This document shows, piece after piece, positions 1 through 8,107 of a stretch of DNA of 64,000 nucleotides (position 1 is its first letter; every line of letters begins with the position of its first letter). Below the pieces are notes generated by a model. It did not search any database and was not told the origin of the DNA. It saw only the letters and a program-made list of their open reading frames with translations. Source of the stretch: an uncultured Actinomycetota bacterium (GTDB lineage: Bacteria > Actinomycetota > Actinomycetes > Mycobacteriales > Jatrophihabitantaceae); contig CAWCPK010000001.1 of the NCBI GenBank assembly GCA_963797455.1, forward strand, positions 1,338,155 through 1,402,154, given 5' to 3'. Made by a program: the position numbers and the translations under genes.

Positions 1-83
1 GCGTACGGTCCGCTCGAAGCCCCGCCGAGGAACCTCGGACAGCGCTCGCGGGCGCGGGGCTGATTCGAAGATCGGGGGAAGAC

Positions 84-374
84 ATGGCCTACGGCGTTGT
101 CCACCACTTCAGCGGTGGGACCAAGGAGCAGTACGAGGCGTCGGTCGCTGCCGTGCATCCGGCCGACGGAAGCTTGCCTGCCGGCCAGCTGTATCACGCC
201 GCGGGGGCGTCCCAGGATGGTTGGACCATCATCGCCGTCCATGACTCGCAGGCCAGCTGGGAGACCTTCCGGGATTCGATCCTGATGCCGCGCATGCAGC
301 AAGGCATCGACGGCGGATTCACCGCGCCGCCGGAAGAGACCGTGTTCGAGATCGTCAACGAGGTCCGCGGCTAA
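84..374 (+). CDS. small conserved hypothetical protein (96 aa)
   Basis: Clean ORF with protein-like composition; no recognisable motif. Confidence 0.45.
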   Translation: MAYGVVHHFSGGTKEQYEASVAAVHPADGSLPAGQLYHAAGASQDGWTIIAVHDSQASWETFRDSILMPRMQQGIDGGFTAPPEETVFEIVNEVRG

Positions 375-528
375 GCGCCGGATCCCGCTGCCGCTTCGTG
401 ATCTTGTTGCCGGAGGAGTGCCGGGGCAGCCAACCTGCAACAAGAACCGCGCTGACCGAGGCCGCGTTCACGTGAACGCGGCCTCGGGCACCTTCCGTCG
501 GGCGCGTCCCCGGCCTCGGCGTGCTCGG

Positions 529-813
529 CTAGTCGGAACCTTCGCCGGGACGTGCCTCGACGAGGATCACGAGGGTTTCGGGCAGCACACCGTCGTACGC
601 CATCGCCTCGCCGGCCGCCTCGGTCTGCATCGCTGCCGTGAAGGCGTCCATGTCGGCAACGTCCATCAGCACAGCAACTCGCGTCGAGTTCTGCGGGTCG
701 ACGAACGTCCGGATATTGGTGACACCGAGGGGCCCGAACAACTCTTCGCGCTTAGGCGAGGCGAGCCAATGATCTTTGTCCTTCACGTCGTGATGACCGA
801 TTACAGTCGGCAT
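529..813 (-). CDS. hypothetical protein (~95 aa)
   Basis: ORF 529..858; real start probably the internal MPTVIGHH; globular-looking sequence, divergent from the NAT gene. Confidence 0.45.
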   Translation of the reverse strand: MPTVIGHHDVKDKDHWLASPKREELFGPLGVTNIRTFVDPQNSTRVAVLMDVADMDAFTAAMQTEAAGEAMAYDGVLPETLVILVEARPGEGSD

Positions 814-966
814 GGCTCCCCCTCGTTGCCCTGGGCCGGCGGCGGTGCCGAGCCCCACGCGCGCAACGCTATACCTGAGTACCGCCTACATGTATCGGCA
901 ACTTCGTGCCGCGGTGCACCGCCGCGTTGTCGGGACCGCCGGTCTGCGGCTCGACACGATAATGGG

Positions 967-1848
967 GCGGTGTTCGCGTCGTCGGCCCCGTTGGATCCGG
1001 TGGTGCGGGAGGCGTATCTGGCCCGCTTAGGGTTGGACGCCGAACCGCCGTCGGTGGCTGCCCTGCGGTTACTGACGCGACGCCAGGTCGAGCGGGTGCC
1101 GTACGAGACCCTGTGGATCCACGCCGGCGAGGCCTGGAACATCGACCCGAACGAGTCGGCGACCCGCATCGCCCTGCACGGTCGCGGCGGCTACTGCTAT
1201 CACATGAACGGGGCGTTGGGCTTGCTGCTGAGCTCGCTCGGCTACTCGGTGCGCGGCCATATCGGCGGAGTACACGGCCCGGAAGGACCCACCGCAGCCG
1301 CCATGGGCAACCACCTGGTGCTCACAGTGGATCAGCTACCGACGGAGGCCAACCCGGCCGGCGTCTGGTATGTCGACACCGGGTTGGGCGATGCCCTCCA
1401 CGACCCGCTGCCGCTGGCCGCGGGCGGGCACGACCAGCCGCCCTTCCGCCTCGCTCTCGAGCGAGTCGACGACGGATCGACGTGGCATCTGACCCACGAC
1501 CCCGCCGGAGGGTTCAAAGGCATGACCTGGACGTCAGGTCCCGCGCGCATGGCCGACTTCGAAAACGAGCATCACTGGTTGTCGACATCACCGGACTCAG
1601 GGTTCGTCCAGGTCGCGATGGCCGAAAGCCGCGATGCCACTGGGGTGGACGTCATCCGCGGACTGATCCTGAGCCGTATCGGCGACCGTGCGCACAGCGC
1701 GGAGCCTGTGACCCGTCGGGCCGAGTGGTTCGACCTGCTCGCCGACCTGTTCGATCTCCGATTCCACACCAGCACCCCGGAGGCACGTGACCACCTATGG
1801 GCCAGCGTCGTCGGCGCTCACCGTCGCTGGTTGGCCACCCAGAATTGA
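967..1848 (+). CDS. nat: arylamine N-acetyltransferase
   Basis: RGGYCYHMNGALGLLL catalytic-Cys motif and overall NAT-like sequence; GTG start inferred inside the longer ORF 418..1848. Confidence 0.8.
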   Translation, partial: AVFASSAPLDPVVREAYLARLGLDAEPPSVAALRLLTRRQVERVPYETLWIHAGEAWNIDPNESATRIALHGRGGYCYHMNGALGLLLSSLGYSVRGHIGGVHGPEGPTAAAMGNHLVLTVDQLPTEANPAGVWYVDTGLGDALHDPLPLAAGGHDQPPFRLALERVDDGSTWHLTHDPAGGFKGMTWTSGPARMADFENEHHWLSTSPDSGFVQVAMAESRDATGVDVIRGLILSRIGDRAHSAEPVTRRAEWFDLLADLFDLRFHTSTPEARDHLWASVVGAHRRWLATQN

Positions 1849-1883
1849 ACTGAACCCGCACGAACCAGCGCGCGCGATGAGAG

Positions 1884-2762
1884 TTACAGCGACGACGCCG
1901 CATGATCCTCGGGGAACGTCATGCCGACGCGCGCACAGCGTGCTTCGCGCCGAAAAGCCGCCAGACGCTTACTCCGCGTCGGTCTCCGCGGGCTCGACCG
2001 CCTTCTTCGTCTGCTTGCGTGCGGCCGACCGGCGGGCGCCTCCTTGGGGCGGCTGATGACGACCTCGGCGAACGCGGCAAGGACGCTGTCCAGCTGCTGG
2101 ACGATGCGGCGCTCGGACTCCTGCTGCACCACCCGTAGCTGACGATCCAGCTCGCCGCGGTCCGGCCGGTCGTGCAGCGCGCCGTGCAGCTTGTCCACGC
2201 CCTGCTCGATCGAGCCGGCCAGCGTGCCGGCGTTGTTGCGCACGCTCTCGTCGACAGTGCGGATCCGATTATCGACACCCTCGACCCGCTCACCGAGCTG
2301 GTCGATTCGCGTACCCAGCCCGTCCAGGTGCCCGGTCGGGTCGACCGCCGGACGGGCGAGCACCTCGTCGAGGCGGCCGTGCAGTCGGCCCATCTCCTCG
2401 TCGAAGCGGCCGTGCATCGCGCCCATGAGCTCGTCGAGCCGGGCGTGCAGGGCCGGCATGTCCAGCGTGCCGGGCAGCGCCTCGATCGCCGCGTGCGCCC
2501 GGTTGGTGGCACCGTCGACCTCGTCGAGGCGGCCGTGCAGATGCTGCAGCCGGTCGTCCACCCCGTCCAAGCGTCCGGAGATGCCCTCGAACCGGCCGGC
2601 GACGCCGTCCAGCCGAGCCTCGATCGCCCACCCTCGTCGGGCCTCGTCCTCCTGGCTACTCTCGAAACGAGACGTCGATCGCGTTCGGAGGATCTCGGTG
2701 CCCCAGTTCCAGTACGGGCCTTGGCACGGCGGGCCCGACCCGCTCGAGCCGCCGTACGACAT
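1884..2762 (-). CDS. repeat-containing (11-residue RLDxV-type coiled-coil-like repeats) hypothetical protein; start uncertain
   Basis: Codon-position GC pattern at 2400-2440 supports the minus frame; the candidate ATG at 2762 would overlap the vWA gene start antisense. Confidence 0.4.
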   Translation of the reverse strand: MSYGGSSGSGPPCQGPYWNWGTEILRTRSTSRFESSQEDEARRGWAIEARLDGVAGRFEGISGRLDGVDDRLQHLHGRLDEVDGATNRAHAAIEALPGTLDMPALHARLDELMGAMHGRFDEEMGRLHGRLDEVLARPAVDPTGHLDGLGTRIDQLGERVEGVDNRIRTVDESVRNNAGTLAGSIEQGVDKLHGALHDRPDRGELDRQLRVVQQESERRIVQQLDSVLAAFAEVVISRPKEAPAGRPHASRRRRRSSPRRPTRSKRLAAFRREARCARVGMTFPEDHAASSL

Positions 2763-4650
2763 CCGTGCGGCGCTGGACGAGATCGGCGACGAAGTGCTCG
2801 CCGGCATGTCGCCGCGCGCCGCCCTGAACCGGCTGTTGCGCCGCGGCGCCAGCGACCGCGACGGCCTCGACGCACTCCGCCGGCGGGCCCGCGAACGCGC
2901 CCGCGAGCTGCGCCACGGCGGGCGCCTCGACGGCACGCTCGAGCAGGTCAAACAGCTGCTCGAGCAGGCCGTCGAAGAGGAACGGCGTGCGCTGTTCCCC
3001 GACCCGGACGACGCCGCCCGGATGGCCGAGGCGGAGCTGGACGCGCTGCCGTCCGACACCTCTCGCGCCGTGCGGCAGCTCGCCGACTACCAGTGGCGCT
3101 CGCCCGAGGCACGGCAGGCCTACGACAAGATCCAGGACCTGCTGCGCAGCGAGGTCCTCGACGCCCAGTTCCAGGGCATGCGCGAGGCGCTGCAGAACGC
3201 GTCCCCGCAGGATCTCGAGCGCGTCCGGCAGATGATGAGCGCGCTCAACGACATGCTCGACGCCGACGCTCGCGGCGAACACACCGCCGAAGATTTTGCG
3301 CAGTTCATGGAACGGTACGGCGACTTCTTCCCGGAGAACCCGGCCGACCTCGCCGAGCTGATCGACTCGCTCGCCCGGCGCGCCGCGGCCGCCCAGCAGC
3401 TGATGGACTCGCTCACCCCCGAGCAACGCGACGAGCTCGGCAACCTGATGGCCAACGCGCTCGGGCAGGCCGGGCTCGCCGACGAGATGGCCCGCCTCCA
3501 GCAGGGCCTGCGCTCGGCGCGTCCCGATCTGCGCTGGGGCGGCCGCACCCGGATGGACGGTGCCGAGGGCATGGGCTTCTCGGACGCCACGGGTGCCCTC
3601 GCCGAGCTCGCCGATCTCGACCAGCTCGACGAGCTGCTCGGCCAGGACTACCCGGGCGCCAGCCTCGACGACATCGACGAGGAGCTCATCGAGCGCGCGC
3701 TCGGCCGCACCGCCGTCGACGACATGACGCAGCTGCGCCGCATCGAGCGGGAGCTGCGCGACCAGGGCTACGTCCAGCGCGGCGGGGACGGGCTGAAGCT
3801 GACCCCGCGCGCGCTGCGCCGGCTCGGCAGCACTGCGCTGCGCCGGGTGTTCGACCTCGTCGAGTCACGCGGACGCGGCGGGCACGACGTCCGCGACGCG
3901 GGCGCGGCCGGCGAGGTCACCGGCGCGAGCCGCGAATGGCGCTTCGGGGACGAGCAGCCGCTCGACGTCGTCCGCACCGTCCGCAACGCCGTGCTCCGGA
4001 CGCACGGTCGCGACCTCACGCTGGCGGCCGAGGACTTCGAGGTCGTGGAGACCGAGCGCCGCGCGTCGGCCGCCGTCGCGCTGCTCGTCGACATGTCCTA
4101 CTCGATGGAGCTGCGTGGCACGTGGGGCGAGGCCAAGACGACCGCGCTGGCACTCCACTCGCTGGTCTCCACCAAGTACCCGCAGGACGCGATCGAGATC
4201 ATCGGGTTCAGCGACTACGCGCGCGTGCTGTCACCCGGCGCGCTCGTCGACCACGACTGGGACCGCGTGCAGGGCACCAACCTGCAGCACGGGCTGATGC
4301 TCGCCCGCCGGCACCTCGACAAGCACCGCGGCGCGGAGCCGGTGATCATGGTGATCACCGACGGCGAGCCCACCGCGCACCTCGCCCCGGACGGCTTCGC
4401 CGACTTCGCCTGGCCGCCCACCCGCGAGACGATCGCCGCCACCCTCGCCGAGGTCGAGCGCTGCACCCGGCGCGGCGCCACGATCAATGTCTTCATGCTC
4501 GACGACGACCCGCGGCTGGTGGCGTTCATGCAGGAGGTCGGCCGGCGCAACGGCGGGCGGGTGTTCCAGCCCAAGCGCGGCGCGCTGGGCGAGTTCGTGG
4601 TGGCCGACTACCTGTCCAGCCGCCGGGGCCGGCGCCGTGCCGCCAGCTGA
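2698..4650 (+). CDS. VWA (von Willebrand factor A) domain-containing protein
   Basis: C-terminal vWA fold with MIDAS-like LVDMSYSM and VITDGEPT; GGAGGA 8 nt before the GTG; the upstream part of ORF 2191.. is low-complexity and overlaps the real antisense gene. Confidence 0.75.
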   Translation: MPQFQYGPWHGGPDPLEPPYDIRAALDEIGDEVLAGMSPRAALNRLLRRGASDRDGLDALRRRARERARELRHGGRLDGTLEQVKQLLEQAVEEERRALFPDPDDAARMAEAELDALPSDTSRAVRQLADYQWRSPEARQAYDKIQDLLRSEVLDAQFQGMREALQNASPQDLERVRQMMSALNDMLDADARGEHTAEDFAQFMERYGDFFPENPADLAELIDSLARRAAAAQQLMDSLTPEQRDELGNLMANALGQAGLADEMARLQQGLRSARPDLRWGGRTRMDGAEGMGFSDATGALAELADLDQLDELLGQDYPGASLDDIDEELIERALGRTAVDDMTQLRRIERELRDQGYVQRGGDGLKLTPRALRRLGSTALRRVFDLVESRGRGGHDVRDAGAAGEVTGASREWRFGDEQPLDVVRTVRNAVLRTHGRDLTLAAEDFEVVETERRASAAVALLVDMSYSMELRGTWGEAKTTALALHSLVSTKYPQDAIEIIGFSDYARVLSPGALVDHDWDRVQGTNLQHGLMLARRHLDKHRGAEPVIMVITDGEPTAHLAPDGFADFAWPPTRETIAATLAEVERCTRRGATINVFMLDDDPRLVAFMQEVGRRNGGRVFQPKRGALGEFVVADYLSSRRGRRRAAS

Positions 4651-5038
4651 CGACCTGCCACGGACCGCAATCGCGCCGTCCCCCATCGCGGGAAAGGGGC
4701 TGTTCGCGACGGCACCAATCGCCGCTGGGCGGGTCGTGCTCCGGCCGGCCGACGAGGACGTGCGCCACCGGGTCAACCACAGCTGCGACCCGAACCTCGG
4801 CTGGGCCGATGACGGCACGCTCGTCGCCGTTCGCGACATCGCCGAGGGCACTGAGCTCACCGTCGACTACGCGACCCGGATCACCGACCCGGAGTTCGCG
4901 ATGGTCTGTCACTGCGAGACGTACCGGTGCCGGCAGATGATCGAGGGAAGCGACTGGCAGATCCCGCAGCTGCAGAAGCGCTACGCCGGATCCTGGGCAC
5001 CGGTGGTCCGGCGCCTGATCGACGACGCGGCACCGTAG
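4637..5038 (+). CDS. SET domain-containing protein (putative lysine methyltransferase)
   Basis: NHSCDPN motif, GKGLFAT, C-terminal Cys cluster; GTG start overlaps the vWA stop (translational coupling). Confidence 0.75.
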   Translation: MPPADDLPRTAIAPSPIAGKGLFATAPIAAGRVVLRPADEDVRHRVNHSCDPNLGWADDGTLVAVRDIAEGTELTVDYATRITDPEFAMVCHCETYRCRQMIEGSDWQIPQLQKRYAGSWAPVVRRLIDDAAP

Positions 5039-5054
5039 CTCACGACGCAGTCCG

Positions 5055-5102
5055 GATCTTGTGCGGCATCCTGCGCCCGGACGCGGCATCGCGCACAAGA
5101 TC
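5055..5102. repeat. palindromic element GATCTTGTGCGG-N25-CGCACAAGATC (same family as 44781..44889)
   Basis: Perfect 11-bp arms; loop shares CTGCGCC with the other copies. Confidence 0.8.
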
Positions 5103-5129
5103 ACGACGCGGGCCGCTAGTGTCCCCGTC

Positions 5130-5573
5130 ATGCTCAAGTTCTGGATGGCCGCCCATCTCGTCTTCGTCGTGTTCGCGATCGGCCCGCTCGTGCACGCGGC
5201 GACCACCGCCGGGCGCGGCGTCAGGCGCGGCGACGGCGCCGCCACCGCCTCGTCCTCCCGGGTGCTGCGCGTCTACGCCTACGTCTCGGTGCTGGTGATC
5301 GTCGCGGGCATGGCCCTCATGTCGCAGAAGGAGGACGGCGTCAAGGAGGGCGAGATCGGACAGACCTGGATCTGGCTCTCGCTCGTCCTCTGGGTGGTCG
5401 CGATGGGCATCGTGCTCGGCCTCATCGTCCCGACGCTGAACAAGGCCACCAAGCTGATCGCGGCGCAGGACTCGGTCGTCACGCTTACCGCGCGGGTAGC
5501 TGCGTCCGGCGGAGTCGTCGCGCTGATCTTCCTGGTGATCATCGTGCTGATGGCCTACAAACCCGGCAGGTGA
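5130..5573 (+). CDS. DUF2269-like integral membrane protein
   Basis: Four hydrophobic helices; ATG MLKFWMAAHLVF. Confidence 0.6.
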   Translation: MLKFWMAAHLVFVVFAIGPLVHAATTAGRGVRRGDGAATASSSRVLRVYAYVSVLVIVAGMALMSQKEDGVKEGEIGQTWIWLSLVLWVVAMGIVLGLIVPTLNKATKLIAAQDSVVTLTARVAASGGVVALIFLVIIVLMAYKPGR

Positions 5574-6016
5574 GCATCGAAGTCGCCGTCGTCGACGGGG
5601 CCGCGACCCGCGAACTGCGCAGGGCCGTCCTGCGACCGGGCTGGCCGGTCGGCTCGCCGATGCACGGCGACGACAACCCGGACGCCGTCCATCTCGCGGC
5701 CCTCGACGAGGACGGCGCCGTGGTCGGCTCGTGCGTCGTGCTACCGCGCGCCTGCACGCTGCGTCCGGACGAGCCGGGCGGCTGGCAACTGCGCGGTATG
5801 GCGACCGCTCCCGAGCTGCAGGGGCAAGGTATCGGCAGCCGGCTCGTCGCCGCCGCGCTCGAGGAGATCCGGCACCGCGGCGGCGGGCTCGTCTGGTGCG
5901 ATGCTCGCACCGACGCAGTCGGGTTCTACCAGCGCAACGGCTTCGCGGCCGAGGGCGCGGAGTTCCGACACGCGGAGTCGGGGATACCGCATTACCGGAT
6001 GTGGCGCATCCTCTAA
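5570..6016 (+). CDS. GNAT family N-acetyltransferase
   Basis: Q/RxxGxG/A acetyl-CoA motif (LQGQGIGSRL); GTG overlaps the upstream stop (GGTGA). Confidence 0.75.
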   Translation: MSIEVAVVDGAATRELRRAVLRPGWPVGSPMHGDDNPDAVHLAALDEDGAVVGSCVVLPRACTLRPDEPGGWQLRGMATAPELQGQGIGSRLVAAALEEIRHRGGGLVWCDARTDAVGFYQRNGFAAEGAEFRHAESGIPHYRMWRIL

Positions 6017-6077
6017 CGGAACCTACTGACGCGCTCACCTCGTCACACGGGGTAAGGGCCGGACGACTGGAGCGGCG

Positions 6078-6566
6078 TTGCGCGACGAGGAGGGGTTCCG
6101 TTCGTTCGTTGAAGCGAACGGCGCCACGCTGCTGCACGCTGCCCGGCTACTGACCGGAGACCACCACCGCGGCGAGGATCTTGTGCAGACCGCATTGATC
6201 AAGGTCTACCTGAAATGGGGACGCATCGACACACCGCTGCCGTACGCGCGGCGGGCGCTCGTCAACGCCCACATCGACCAGACCCGGCGGCGGTGGTGGG
6301 GCGAGCGGCCGACCGAAACGCTGCCCGAACACGCCGACGCCGACGCCCTCGGTGAGACGGCCGCGTCCGACTCGCGTGACGAGCTGCGCCGCATGCTGGC
6401 CGGGCTGGCGGCGAAGGAGCGCGCGGTGATCGTGCTGCGCTACTACTGCGACCTGTCCGAGCAGGACACCGCCGCGACGCTCGGCATGCCGGTCGGCACC
6501 GTCAAGAGCACCTGCTCCCGCGCGCTGGCGCGGTTGCGGGTGCAAGCAACGAGCGGAGCAAGCTGA
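6078..6566 (+). CDS. RNA polymerase sigma-70 factor, ECF subfamily
   Basis: Sigma region 2 (DLVQTALIKVY) and region 4 (LSEQDTAATLGMPVGTVKS). Confidence 0.85.
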   Translation: MRDEEGFRSFVEANGATLLHAARLLTGDHHRGEDLVQTALIKVYLKWGRIDTPLPYARRALVNAHIDQTRRRWWGERPTETLPEHADADALGETAASDSRDELRRMLAGLAAKERAVIVLRYYCDLSEQDTAATLGMPVGTVKSTCSRALARLRVQATSGAS

Positions 6567-7372
6567 TGAGTCCCAGCGAATTCGATCTTCGAGCCGCGCT
6601 GCACCACGGCGAGGGCGATGACCTGAACGTCGACCAACTGGTCCTCGGCGCCCGGGCACGTGCCGCGCAGCGCCGGGTGCGCCTGCTGTCCACCGCGGCC
6701 GTCGTGGCGGTCGTCGCCGGCGCGAGCGTCGGTATCGCGCAGCTCGCCGGCAACGACAGCGAGCAGGCCGGCTCGAACGCAGCCGGCGCCAGCAGCCCTG
6801 CTAACAACCCCAACGCGGACAGCGCGTACGGCGCAGCGGGAAGCGCAAGGTCCGCTCCCCCGCGGGTCAATGGCCCGGCGCTTCCCAGTGGGGTGGCCTG
6901 CCCCACAACACGACCGCAGTACCTGCTGCCGGGTGGGGGCAGCCCGGGCCAGTTCGGCGCGAACCAGCCGCTGTTCCGCAAGGCCGTCTCGACGGTCGTC
7001 GTCTGCGCATACGGGAGCGCGCTGCAGAAGGCGAGTGGGCCGCATTCCCACCCGGTTCGGCTCGAACTTCGGGACGGCGCGGCAACCCGCCTCGCGGCCA
7101 GCCTCGAGAACGCGGCCAAGGCGCCGCCCACCGACGCCTGCGGTGGCGCGGGCGGAGAGTACGAGTTCGCGATCATCGGGGTGACTGAGACCGAGGCTCG
7201 CGCCGGCACGGTCACTGCCGCGATCGCCGAGTCAGGGTGCGATCCGGGTGCAGTCACGAACGGCACTGCGGTCCGCTATGGCTGGTCGCCGCCGCAGGAC
7301 CTCCGGGCGCGGCTGCTGGCGCTCACTCCGGGCGGGCAACCGAAGAGCACCGCGGCGCGTCCCACAGGGTGA
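6566..7372 (+). CDS. putative anti-sigma factor / membrane-anchored Ala-rich protein
   Basis: ATGA overlap with the sigma gene; single TM after the N-terminal domain. Confidence 0.5.
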   Translation: MSPSEFDLRAALHHGEGDDLNVDQLVLGARARAAQRRVRLLSTAAVVAVVAGASVGIAQLAGNDSEQAGSNAAGASSPANNPNADSAYGAAGSARSAPPRVNGPALPSGVACPTTRPQYLLPGGGSPGQFGANQPLFRKAVSTVVVCAYGSALQKASGPHSHPVRLELRDGAATRLAASLENAAKAPPTDACGGAGGEYEFAIIGVTETEARAGTVTAAIAESGCDPGAVTNGTAVRYGWSPPQDLRARLLALTPGGQPKSTAARPTG

Positions 7373-7445
7373 GCCGAACGCCTTCGCGGCGACCTCGTCG
7401 CCGAAATGACTCGGCGGCGGGCTCCGGGAACGGCATGATGGCGGC

Positions 7446-7997
7446 GTGCACCTGAGCCAGGACGAGCTGGAGCGCGGCCTGGACCAGGTGCGCGCGTCGC
7501 CACCAGACAACGGCACCGTCGAGTTGATCGTGCGCCGCCCCGCGATCGACGAGCGCGAGGAGATCGCCGAAGCGACCCTCGACCTCCACGTAGGTCTGGC
7601 CGGCGACAACTGGCGGATGCGCGGCAGCAAGAGCACGTCAGGTGGCGCAGCGCACCCGGACAAGCAGCTGACCGTCATGAACGAGCGGGCGGCCCGGCTT
7701 GTCGCGGGCGATGCAGATCGGCGGAAGCTGGCCGGCGATCAGCTCTACGTCGATCTGGACATCAGCCCCGCGAACCTCCCGCCTGGCACCCGGCTCGCGG
7801 TGGGCTCGGCGGTGATCGAGGTGACCGAGCCACAGCACCTGGGCTGCGAGAAGTTCGCTGCTCGCTTCGGCGAGGCTGCCTTGCGATTCGTCAACTCCCG
7901 GGTCGGCCGGGAACTACGGCTGCGCGGTCTCAACGCGCGGGTCGTCAGCGCCGGCAGCGTCCGTACCGGCGACCCGATCCGCAAGCTGCCGGCCTGA
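7446..7997 (+). CDS. MOSC domain-containing protein
   Basis: Sequence resembles the MOSC beta-barrel family (conserved Cys in GCEKF). Confidence 0.7.
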   Translation: MHLSQDELERGLDQVRASPPDNGTVELIVRRPAIDEREEIAEATLDLHVGLAGDNWRMRGSKSTSGGAAHPDKQLTVMNERAARLVAGDADRRKLAGDQLYVDLDISPANLPPGTRLAVGSAVIEVTEPQHLGCEKFAARFGEAALRFVNSRVGRELRLRGLNARVVSAGSVRTGDPIRKLPA

Positions 7998-8107
7998 GGC
8001 AACGAACGGTTGTGCCGTGGCGGCACCGGGCGACATCCTTCCTGCGCCGTCAAAATCGTCGCCCACCCCTGACTGCGCCGGGGACGAGGATGGACGGACG
8101 CGTCGCG

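Noticed and set aside
2172-4940. 922-aa ORF rich in Arg/Pro/Ala
   Set aside because: Wrong frame over the real vWA and SET genes; low-complexity translation typical of off-frame high-GC sequence.
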